This document shows positions 20,201 to 28,412 of a stretch of 64,000 nt of DNA, piece by piece. Under the pieces are notes generated by a model. The model had not been told where the DNA came from. It searched no databases and worked only from the letters and a program-made list of their open reading frames with translations. A program made the position numbers and the translations under genes. Origin of the DNA: Planctomycetota bacterium (GTDB lineage: Bacteria > Planctomycetota > B15-G4); NCBI GenBank assembly GCA_029245865.1, contig JAQWOM010000056.1:30417-94416 (forward strand). Reading direction: 5' to 3'. Within the stretch, counting starts at the first letter, position 1; the number at the start of each line of letters is the position of its first letter.

Positions 20201-23200
20201 CCAGAGCCAGAACGTGCAGCAGGCGACCGGCTCCGAGGTCTGCCAGCGGCACACGCACCACACCAGATGCGTCTGGCCGCAAGTTCGCCAGCAAAATGGA
20301 AGGCCGCGGCAAGTAGGCCAGGTTCGGAAACTCACCGGGGTTCGGAGCGATCTGGGTGCGGTCCCACGTGAGGAGGCCTCCCTTAGAAGCCCGAATCCCA
20401 CGACCGGTCCCTTTTCCATAGCTGGCTGCTGCCCCCCCGCTCATCCCCACGAGGGTCTCGGATTCCCGGACCTCCCACGGGTTCAACAGCAAGCTCGGGC
20501 GTCTGAGCATGTTGCCGGGGAAGGTCGTGGCGTAACGCCGCTCGAGGATGTACCGGGCTTCGTCGGAGATCTCCAGACCTGCGTGGTAATCAGAATCTGG
20601 CGCAGTCGACCAGACGATGGCCTCCTCCCGACTCGCCGGGGTGTGCATCCAACCGAACGGGTTGTAAACGGGCAAAGACCGGGTGCCGACGACGTGCACC
20701 CGCGCGTCGGAGCGAGCGTTGTCCAGACGGACAAGCAAGACGTCATCTTCCACACTCAGCCCAGCCACCTGCAACGAAGACACCTGATTCAGAGGAGCGA
20801 TCTGGTCGCGACTGACGGCCCATCCGTCGTGCGCAACACCAGGCGCCACGTGAATCGCTATGGGAACCGTGACCGGGGTGTGGCTGTCTTCAACCCGTAA
20901 GTCGTAATCGCCCACAGGGAGACCTTCGATCTCAAGGAACCGGCCCTTGAGAGAGACATGGCTGGAGCGATCGTAGGCGTAGTCATCGCTGCGATAAGAG
21001 TAATCATTGCCACGAAGCTCTAACAAAGACACGACGGATCGCGTGATCTCGCTGGCCTCCCCGTCGTAAGGAACCCGAATGGTTGTGCCTTCCAGCGCGC
21101 GCAATTCCGAAGGCCGCGACCGCCGCTCCGGCACCAGTTCCCACGTATGGTGAGCGCCGGGTGCGTTCACAAGCGTGACGGCAAGGATGTCATCCAGGGG
21201 GCCAAGATCGATTGAACCCTGCTCATCCGTCTTGAGTTGCACGTCAACGGGATCGACAAAGTCCTCGTGCTTGAGCCTCAGTCGTACAACCTGATCCGCA
21301 AGCCCTTCACCACTGCGACCACGCGCTTCCAGCACATATCCGCCAGGCACCCGTGACAACATGAAGGCAGAGATCTCCTCCGTCCTCAGAATGCCGTTCA
21401 ACTGAAAGGCCGAGTCCGAGGCATTCAGTTCCACATCCTCGCCAAGGCTCAAACTCTGCACCGATCCATTCATGCTTACTGTCAGGGAGACGAGCCGATC
21501 GGGTACGCGAAAGGCGTGAATCAGTTCCGCATTTTCGGTCAGTTCAAGATCGACGACTTCAGAAGTCGTGATGACACCGTCACTCTCTGTCGCCATGAGC
21601 TTCAAAACCGGACTCTCGAGCAACGACAAGCTCACGGGACGTTCATTCAGACTCAAATGCACACGCACCATCAGATGCGCCGTGTCTCCCGGGAGAAGGC
21701 TTTCCCGGTCAAGCCATGCCTGCAGTTCTAGCGCGTAGCTCTCTTCGGCGTGATCGAGCTCATCGAGGCTGGCGCGCTCACCATGTCGCAAGATGATCTG
21801 CTTCTCACCGGGTTCGGTGGAGTAGGGCAGCACGATTTCGCCGTTCGCATGCGCAACATAATCACGTCCCCCAAACCATATCGATGCTCCTGGCAAGGGT
21901 GTGCCTTCTTCGTCATACACCCGGAAGACATGGCCGGCTGCACTCTCTCGTTGCGAAGCTCGTAATTTCCCTTTCCGAATCACGGCACGGCTCGAGATGC
22001 CATTGCCGACGAGTTCCACGACCCATATGCCTGCACTCGTCAACGAAGGGAAGTCGAAACGTCGACGAACGCGCTGCAGTGGCGATTCGTCGAGCGACAC
22101 AGAAAACTCCTCATGTGCCACAACGCCGTCAAGATCCAGCGAGACATCGATCTCTTTCCCGGTCTCGACATAAACGTTGAAAGGGTCAATCTCGAAGACC
22201 TTGACCAACAAGGTCCCCACGTTTTTCAGATCGACATCCAGGGAGACGGCCGCGTCTACCGGAAACAGTGCGGGCTGGGTCGGCGCGAATTCGATTTCGA
22301 CGCGATTCTTGAGCGCCTCGTATCCCGCTGGATCATTCAGCATGGCGTACCACTGCTGCATGTCGCCGAGACCGTAGAGAATCTTGGTTTCGGCAAAGAT
22401 GCGCTGCAGAACCTCGGTGCGCAGATAGGGTTCGAAACGTTCGAACCCCTTGGCTGTGCGGAAATCCTGCTCCAGATACGCGCGGATCAGAGGCTGATCA
22501 TCAGCCACAGGGGGCAAGCCAGGGACAGAGATGCCGTCTGAACTCCGCGCCCTGTTCGCTCTCGCTGGAAGACGCCAGTCACTCTGGCGAGGAATGGCGA
22601 GATAGTCGAGGAAGCGCTTGCTGTCGTGAAGACCCAGTGCGTGATCGTGAACGAGACGGTGATACAGGACGTTTGCGAGCAGAGCGCTCTGCGACTCCGG
22701 CAGCCGACGCGCAAAATCTTCGAGTCGGTCAAAATAGGCTTCGCGCTGCGCCGCATCGTGCCGCCAGTCAACACCCGACGCGGGCTGCAATCGAGACACA
22801 TACTCGTCAACAAACTTTTTTAGACCCAGTAAGTTTGGCTGTTTCTGAGCGCAGGCATCGAGTTGTTCGAGCATCAAAAAATTGTGGATCGCGAGACTTC
22901 CGAAGCCACTGCTGTTTTTCGTCTTCAGGTTTTCCGAGATCAACTGAACAAGGCCTTCGTGGTCGGGCGTTTCAATCCGCTTCAGAAGATCCATGACTTG
23001 ATCATTGTTCAGCTTGCGGTCGATAAGCCTTGGGAGAGCGCGGCGTTCAAAGCCACGAAGACTGCTCGAATCTTGCTGCAAGGCTTGCTGCGCCAGGACA
23101 TCCCAATCGATCAATCGGGAATCGAAAGCAGTCGGCAAGTCTGGCACCACGCCGGGAAGCTGCGGTTGATGATTGAGACGGACCAGGAGTGCTTCGCGTA

Positions 23201-23531
23201 AATAGCGATAGGTCTCGGAAGGGTCGAGATCGAAGGCCAGCAGTTTTTGCCTGTGTTCGATCTCGAGAAGCTCAGGCGTTCGACCATGACGCTGAGCCCA
23301 TTGCGCAAGCACCGCCGGCACCTGGTCGTAGCTCTCCTCGTGCTGCAATAGAAGGCATCTATAGAGATAGAAGGCGGGCGTTCCTGGGATCAACTGGTCG
23401 AGAGTCGCCGCACGATCGGTGGAAAGTGCAAATGTCTCCTCAAAGCCCAGTCGTTCGCCCTGGGCCAAGGGCATCGGAGAACTCATCAAGACGCACACAA
23501 GCAGCGTGCCGGGCAAGCATCGAGCAAACAT
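17295..23531 (-). CDS. Very large secreted hypothetical protein (2078 aa), possibly an alpha-2-macroglobulin-like scaffold
   Basis: Uninterrupted 6.2-kb ORF with an N-terminal signal peptide; segments resemble MG domains. Function is inferred. Confidence 0.8.
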   Translation of the reverse strand: MFARCLPGTLLVCVLMSSPMPLAQGERLGFEETFALSTDRAATLDQLIPGTPAFYLYRCLLLQHEESYDQVPAVLAQWAQRHGRTPELLEIEHRQKLLAFDLDPSETYRYLREALLVRLNHQPQLPGVVPDLPTAFDSRLIDWDVLAQQALQQDSSSLRGFERRALPRLIDRKLNNDQVMDLLKRIETPDHEGLVQLISENLKTKNSSGFGSLAIHNFLMLEQLDACAQKQPNLLGLKKFVDEYVSRLQPASGVDWRHDAAQREAYFDRLEDFARRLPESQSALLANVLYHRLVHDHALGLHDSKRFLDYLAIPRQSDWRLPARANRARSSDGISVPGLPPVADDQPLIRAYLEQDFRTAKGFERFEPYLRTEVLQRIFAETKILYGLGDMQQWYAMLNDPAGYEALKNRVEIEFAPTQPALFPVDAAVSLDVDLKNVGTLLVKVFEIDPFNVYVETGKEIDVSLDLDGVVAHEEFSVSLDESPLQRVRRRFDFPSLTSAGIWVVELVGNGISSRAVIRKGKLRASQRESAAGHVFRVYDEEGTPLPGASIWFGGRDYVAHANGEIVLPYSTEPGEKQIILRHGERASLDELDHAEESYALELQAWLDRESLLPGDTAHLMVRVHLSLNERPVSLSLLESPVLKLMATESDGVITTSEVVDLELTENAELIHAFRVPDRLVSLTVSMNGSVQSLSLGEDVELNASDSAFQLNGILRTEEISAFMLSRVPGGYVLEARGRSGEGLADQVVRLRLKHEDFVDPVDVQLKTDEQGSIDLGPLDDILAVTLVNAPGAHHTWELVPERRSRPSELRALEGTTIRVPYDGEASEITRSVVSLLELRGNDYSYRSDDYAYDRSSHVSLKGRFLEIEGLPVGDYDLRVEDSHTPVTVPIAIHVAPGVAHDGWAVSRDQIAPLNQVSSLQVAGLSVEDDVLLVRLDNARSDARVHVVGTRSLPVYNPFGWMHTPASREEAIVWSTAPDSDYHAGLEISDEARYILERRYATTFPGNMLRRPSLLLNPWEVRESETLVGMSGGAAASYGKGTGRGIRASKGGLLTWDRTQIAPNPGEFPNLAYLPRPSILLANLRPDASGVVRVPLADLGAGRLLHVLALDAESTIYQSLALEQSELVPRDVRLEHALPSADHVAVQRTLQVVPEGSSVVIDDVSTAKFELYDSLASVFRLYATLDETDELDAWRFLLDWPRWSRSEKLEFYNDFGSHEMHVFLHQKDPDFFKEIVLPYLENKSSKTFLDEWLLERDLTAYLEPFAYSQLNVMERILLGKRMPGQSQAVMRQIVEELDLMTPDIALQRQLFEAALLGSAMDVAQESLPGPKSRGPRGPGAESMVDDAFEAEFAVDEETAAQLRSLGYDAGLASDAAMRVLGKSLYRGTGATKSYVEDNYWHLRIWEQGAALITPTAFWLDFARAGDDKAFLSKHFALATRHVNEMLLALALLDLPFEASDHTTNGTWAFPGRLTITTASHALLVCRELRVAERDEAGGPLLVEQKVFRADERYRYEGNRRYESYVDGELLTHVVYGSQVVISNPTSQPRSLELLLQIPEGAIPVANGLKTAGLDISLPALGSVMREVFFYFPRIGDFPMYPAHVSSEGRFLVAGKSQTFHVVSEPSSVDESSWGYVSQRGTLEGVLAYIAKSNPGRLDLERIAWRMADKTAFQQVLQALRERHVFDRSLWAYALMHADAQATGELLQMDSAFLAQCGPVLESPLVTINPVQRRLYEHVEFAPLVNERVHSFGGERRILNEAFAAQYQSFLEITARRPQLNANDWLEVTYYLLLQDRVEEALAAFGRVPRDAIEARMQHDYAAAYLDFFTPDHALARRLAEPYRDYPVPRWRDRFLDVLNQLDEAEGAAVVVVDPESRMQSDAELAAQEPLLELEVADGRVTIWHDNLGECEIGYYLMDIEFLFSARPFSQAEGDIFAFIQPNQSDALVFDSGSRETSLELPESFRNKNVLVEVRGGGVVRREEVFANSMLVQMMENYGQLKVADVTNGQPLPEVYIKVYARTRSGRTRFHKDGYTDLRGRFDYVSHSGEELAPAEAYSVLVASKEHGAAIREVDPPVR

Positions 23532-23898
23532 GGGATCTTTCCAGGGAGTCAGCGAACAAGCGGGCCTGTCATCCAGCTGCGACCGAAGATCATCACCGGT
23601 CTATCGGCCTACTGTCGAGGTAGACGGTGGAGCCCGAGTTTTCTTAGTCCAATTTCGAGATCTGGGGAACCCGTCACGGCCGACACCGAAGGCCAGGACC
23701 CCCACTAAACTCAACGGGAAACACACCGATGTCGGATGCTTTACCCAGGAAAAGGCCTCTTCTGAAAGGCTGGGAGAAAACCAGGACTCACAATGTGCCG
23801 CTCAAGATCGAGCTTCTCGCGCTACTGCTCCACACCCCACAACCTAGTACAATGCAGGGCTTCGAAGCCTCACGACGAACCCCTTCGAGTTTTATTTT

Positions 23899-25242
23899 AT
23901 GCCGACGTTCGAACATGTGGTGATCCCTGAGGGAGACCTCATCCGCACAGAGGGAGGGCAGCCTGTTGTCGGGTCACAACCGATCATAGGACTCCTCAAC
24001 GGTGACGGAGTCGGCGTCGACATCAGCCCGGTCATGACGACAGTCGTGAACGTCGCCGTGAAGAAGGCCTACGGCGGCGAACGCTCAATCGCATGGTGCC
24101 CTCTGTATGCGGGTCTGGAAGCGCTGCAACGCTACGGGACCGAACTGCCCGACGAAACGATGGAAGCGATCCGCCACCTGGGCATCGCCATCAAGGGTCC
24201 TTTCACGACCCCCATCGGTGACGAGCCCTTCGTCTGCCTTTACTGCGCACATCAGCAAGACACAGAGGATCGCTGTGAAAAGTGTGGCAAAGAAGATGGG
24301 CTCACAGGCCGCTATCGCAGCATCAATGTGCGGATGCGACAGCATCTAGATCTCTATGCCTGCGTACGCCCCGTCCGATACTTCGAAGGCGTCCCTGCAC
24401 CAAACAAGTACGCAAGCGACGTAGACTTTGTGATCTTTCGAGAGAACACTGAAGACGTCTACGCAGGCTTTGACTTTGAACGAGGCAGTGAAACGGCCCA
24501 GGCTGTCATCGCTCTCATGAAAAAGGAAACCGGACGCGACATCCGACCGGACAGCGGCATAGGCATCAAGCCCATCAGTGAAACAGGTAGCAAACGACTC
24601 ATACGCATGGCGATTCAATGGGCCAAAGCACGCGGACTGCCCTCTGTGACACTGGTGCACAAGGGCAACATCATGAAGTTCACCGAGGGGGCCTTTGCTG
24701 CATGGGGCTATGAGGTCGCAGCAGATGAATTCGGGGACTGCACACTCAGCGAGAAGCAACTCCAAGGCGCGCCCGAGGGCAAGATGCCACCCGGCAAGAT
24801 CCTCATTAAGGACCGAATCGCGGACTCCATCTTTCAGCAGATTCAGACGCGCCCCGGCGAATACAGCGTGCTCGCGACTCCCAATCTGAACGGCGATTAC
24901 ATTTCCGATGCAGCGATTGCCTTGGTCGGCGGCCTGGGTCTAGGCCCAGGCGCAAATATCGGCAAGGAAGCGGCTGTCTTCGAAGCAACGCACGGAACAG
25001 CCCCAAAATACACCGGCATGGATAAGGTGAACCCTGGGTCGTTGATCCTTTCCGCAGTCATGATGCTTGAGCATATGGGCTGGCAAGAAGCCGCCGATCT
25101 CATCGTGAATGGCATGCGCAGCGCCATTCGCTCCGGTACGGTGACCTACGACCTCGCACGCCTGATGCGTGCCGAAAACCGCAAAGACGTCACCGAGTTG
25201 ACCTGCTCGGGCTTTGGGCAAGCCATCATCGAACACATGTGA
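23899..25242 (+). CDS. icd: NADP-dependent isocitrate dehydrogenase (E. coli-type dimeric) with Cys4 insertion
   Basis: Motifs GDGVGVD, IKGPFTTP, RSINV-x-x-RQ-x-LDLYACVRP, IFRENTED, VHKGNIMKFTEGAF, NLNGDYISD, and EATHGTAPKY plus TYDLAR carrying the NADP determinants. Confidence 0.96.
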   Translation: MPTFEHVVIPEGDLIRTEGGQPVVGSQPIIGLLNGDGVGVDISPVMTTVVNVAVKKAYGGERSIAWCPLYAGLEALQRYGTELPDETMEAIRHLGIAIKGPFTTPIGDEPFVCLYCAHQQDTEDRCEKCGKEDGLTGRYRSINVRMRQHLDLYACVRPVRYFEGVPAPNKYASDVDFVIFRENTEDVYAGFDFERGSETAQAVIALMKKETGRDIRPDSGIGIKPISETGSKRLIRMAIQWAKARGLPSVTLVHKGNIMKFTEGAFAAWGYEVAADEFGDCTLSEKQLQGAPEGKMPPGKILIKDRIADSIFQQIQTRPGEYSVLATPNLNGDYISDAAIALVGGLGLGPGANIGKEAAVFEATHGTAPKYTGMDKVNPGSLILSAVMMLEHMGWQEAADLIVNGMRSAIRSGTVTYDLARLMRAENRKDVTELTCSGFGQAIIEHM

Positions 25243-25336
25243 AGGACTCCAAGACGCTGTTCACCATGAGCCAACTGATGAAACTTTCACGCACCAACGA
25301 TCACATCTCTCGGCACATGCGGAGAGGGAACAAAGC

Positions 25337-26962
25337 GTGAGGGTCATCGCCGTCTACAACATCAAGGGTGGGGTCGGGAAAACAGCAGGTGCTGTAAACT
25401 TTGCGTGGCTCTCAGCAAAACAAGGCGCTCGAACGCTTCTCTGGGACCTCGACCCTCAGGGCGCCGCAAGCTTCACCTACCGCGTCAAGTCAGGCGTCTC
25501 TGGCGGTGGCGAGAACATCGTCAAAGACAATCATGCCGTCCTCTTGTCAATCAAAGGCACGGACTTTGACGGACTGGATGTGTTGCCGGCCGATTTCAGC
25601 TATCGAAATCTCGACATCGTGCTCGATCAGGGCAAGAAGCGCATCAGTCAGTTAGATCTCATGCTGAGGCCTCTTGAGAACGAATACGACACCATCATTC
25701 TGGACTGCGCCCCGGGCATCTCGCTGGTTTCCGAAAACATCTTTGCGGCTGCCGATGCGCTGCTGGTGCCCACCATCCCCACGGTGCTTTCGCTACGCAC
25801 TCTGGGAAGGCTTCTCAGACACCTCGAACAAAGCAAACGCCGGCCCACGCATGTCTTGCCCTACTTCGGTCTTGTCGATCGCCGCAAAGGACTGCACAAA
25901 AAAGTATGCGACAGAGCTCTCCAAAAAGGACGCGGCTTCCTTGAATGCTCAATTCCTTACGCGAGCCTCGTCGAGCAAATGGGCGTGCGCCGCAAGCCAC
26001 TGATGGACTTTTCTCCGCGAAGCCCTGCCGCCAAGGCCTACGCCGCACTCTGGAAAGAGATCTGCACGCGACTTGATCAAGCCGATGGGGTCTCAGAGAT
26101 TCCCTCTCGACGTCGGGTGCGCACGATGATCAATGACCTGCTTCCCGAAGAAGCAACCCGCGACTCTGCTTCCGCCGTCGCAGACTCGGACATCTCTGGG
26201 CTAGACATCGCCCCTGAGAGCCTTGACCCACCGCCCACCCCTCCAAAAACTTCTGCGCCTCCGCAGGCGAAACCCACGATTGCCCGTGAACTGGAGTTCA
26301 AGATGCGGGTGACCGACATGAATGACTTCACGGCACTGGCACGCGCACTTCCCGAGCTTGGCGACGTGGTGAAGATCAAGCCTGCCAACCAGGTGAACCA
26401 CTTCTTTGACACCAATGACTGGGCACTTCAACGCCACGGATGCGTCGTACGTCTACGGGAGGAAGACGGGTCGTATACAATCACCGCCAAGGGCCCCCCT
26501 CGCCAAACCATTGATCGAACCCTGAGCAACCGTGTTGAAGAAGAAGTTGCTGTAGACGCCGCCCGCGCGCGTCAAATCTTGACGGGCAAGCTCTCACCCT
26601 TGGGCGCACTCAAGATGAGGCACAGCGGGCAACACGCCACGCTCACATCAGAGCTCATACGTACTCTTGGCCACAGAGAGTTGCTCCACGTGGGCAGCTT
26701 CCAGAATGAGCGGCGTCGAGTTGGGCCTGTGGTCGTCCCCACGGAAAGCGGCCCACCACTCCATGTGCTCTTTGAAATGGACCGAACACAATTCCCTGAC
26801 GGCCGCATCGACCATGAAGTCGAGATCGAGATTCATCACGAGGATCCCAGTCGGTGCCGTGACGCGCTGAAGGCGCTCTTTACAGAAGCAGGGATTCCTT
26901 GGCGATCGGCCCCCAGTAAATCAGCCCGCTTCTTTGGCAGTTTGGCGCGCACGACGGTCTGA
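25337..26962 (+). CDS. ParA/MinD-family ATPase fused to a C-terminal CYTH (triphosphate tunnel) domain
   Basis: Deviant Walker A KGGVGKT, DLDPQG and LDCAP, then a Pro-rich linker, then ELEFK (ExExK), RLR, TAKGP, RVEEE, EVEIE and SK-x-x-R. GTG 25337 has a GGAGAGGG RBS. Confidence 0.88.
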   Translation: MRVIAVYNIKGGVGKTAGAVNFAWLSAKQGARTLLWDLDPQGAASFTYRVKSGVSGGGENIVKDNHAVLLSIKGTDFDGLDVLPADFSYRNLDIVLDQGKKRISQLDLMLRPLENEYDTIILDCAPGISLVSENIFAAADALLVPTIPTVLSLRTLGRLLRHLEQSKRRPTHVLPYFGLVDRRKGLHKKVCDRALQKGRGFLECSIPYASLVEQMGVRRKPLMDFSPRSPAAKAYAALWKEICTRLDQADGVSEIPSRRRVRTMINDLLPEEATRDSASAVADSDISGLDIAPESLDPPPTPPKTSAPPQAKPTIARELEFKMRVTDMNDFTALARALPELGDVVKIKPANQVNHFFDTNDWALQRHGCVVRLREEDGSYTITAKGPPRQTIDRTLSNRVEEEVAVDAARARQILTGKLSPLGALKMRHSGQHATLTSELIRTLGHRELLHVGSFQNERRRVGPVVVPTESGPPLHVLFEMDRTQFPDGRIDHEVEIEIHHEDPSRCRDALKALFTEAGIPWRSAPSKSARFFGSLARTTV

Positions 26963-27129
26963 CGCCACGATCAACGAGTGCGAGGGTTCGCACGAGAGAC
27001 TGCTTAGCTGCCTCCACTGCTCCAATCCGGGCAGGTTTCGCAAAGGTCGAGTATGCTTCTTTGCGTCGTTATCGGGACGGCACGAGGCCCATTTTCAGGC
27101 CCACCACTCATCAGAGAGCTCCGCGCACC

Positions 27130-27768
27130 ATGACCAGAACCTGCTCTGAAAATAAGGGCCAAAGCTCTGCACTCACGCTGATCTTCACCTGTGGACTGCT
27201 CGGGCTTTGCTTGCTCACGCCAAGTGCAGAAGCACAACTCACAAGCGCAACGGCTCGCCCCGCCAAAAGCACGACAGCTGCCCCCTCCATACCCACAACC
27301 GAAACCTGGGAATTCGATGAAACCACCACCGGTGGCAACATCGTGTGGGCCTCACCAACAGGCGTTCACTCCACCTCACCGTTCTACACGGTGCAGTTTT
27401 CCATCGACGCCGTGGAAGTCAGTGCATCCTGGATCGGTATCGACCTCGGTTTCTTCAACGTGATCGATCAGGTACCACCTGAGTTCCTCGTGAACTCGCT
27501 CACCATTTCTGGGCCAGCGCCTCTTTCCTTGCTGAACATTCCGGTCGAAGCCCCCCCTCCACCAGATCCGATTGCAATCGGCGCCACGATCAGCGTCGAA
27601 CTCGATGCCACCGGTCATGCGAATCTGCTCGCAAGCAACATCGTCCTCGGAACATTCGACTTCGACACAGGCTTTCCCTTCGGAGTCCAGACCGTGGACA
27701 TCACGGGGTTCCGTATTGCAGGCACAGTCATGATCACCCCGGTGCCCTGGAGGCTTCTGCCTCTCTGA
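27130..27768 (+). CDS. Hypothetical secreted beta-rich protein
   Basis: Signal peptide ending AEA-Q followed by a Thr/Gly/aromatic-rich mature region. Confidence 0.65.
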   Translation: MTRTCSENKGQSSALTLIFTCGLLGLCLLTPSAEAQLTSATARPAKSTTAAPSIPTTETWEFDETTTGGNIVWASPTGVHSTSPFYTVQFSIDAVEVSASWIGIDLGFFNVIDQVPPEFLVNSLTISGPAPLSLLNIPVEAPPPPDPIAIGATISVELDATGHANLLASNIVLGTFDFDTGFPFGVQTVDITGFRIAGTVMITPVPWRLLPL

Positions 27769-27784
27769 CTTCAGCGAGCATCGC

Positions 27785-28216
27785 ATGGCCTCTGCTAAAT
27801 ATGATGCCTCCGAGGCGGGCGCGAACCGCAGCGCATACAACGCTGAACATCACGGACCGCGACGTGTTGTAGGGCCGGGATTTCACGAAAAGGTGTGGGA
27901 CGTGGTGCGACGCGTTCCCACCAGGCGCGTGACAACATTTGGCGATATCGCCAACGAGCTCGGCCTGCGCTCGGTCGCCCGTCAGGTGGGATGGGCTCTT
28001 GCAGCCCTGCCGCCTGATCGGGATGACGTCCCCTGGCACCGCGTGGTCAATGCGAAAGGCGAGGTGAGCAAGCGCAAAGGCGGAATTCCCTGCGACCAAC
28101 AGGTCCAGCGCCTTCGCGCCGAAGGCCTCGTGGTAACCCAAAACGGCCGAATTGCTGACTTTCGGGCATGCCGCCATGATTTCCTGGCACAAGGCATCCC
28201 CAGAAACTCTGGCTGA
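27785..28216 (+). CDS. Alkyltransferase-like protein (ATL/YbaZ; MGMT family lacking the active Cys)
   Basis: Motifs V-x-x-VP...TTFG-x-IA, ARQVG-x-AL and VPWHRVVN (Trp in place of the PCHR Cys). Confidence 0.88.
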   Translation: MASAKYDASEAGANRSAYNAEHHGPRRVVGPGFHEKVWDVVRRVPTRRVTTFGDIANELGLRSVARQVGWALAALPPDRDDVPWHRVVNAKGEVSKRKGGIPCDQQVQRLRAEGLVVTQNGRIADFRACRHDFLAQGIPRNSG

Positions 28217-28412
28217 TTGGTGCCGCTCTTAGCAGAGCGAAGGCAACTTCAAAAGATGGCGATCAGATCCAAAACAACCCAACTCCTCAAGCATGCCGTA
28301 TGATCGAAAATCTCATGCTGCCTTCCCGGTGCCCACCCGAACCTTGGACACCTTGATCGTGATGTGCAACCTCCCGCAACTCTCCCCGTTAAACCACAGG
28401 AGTGGACGCTCC

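Noticed and set aside
28030-28050. MGMT pseudogene (no active Cys)
   Set aside because: PWHRV is the normal signature of functional alkyltransferase-like proteins.
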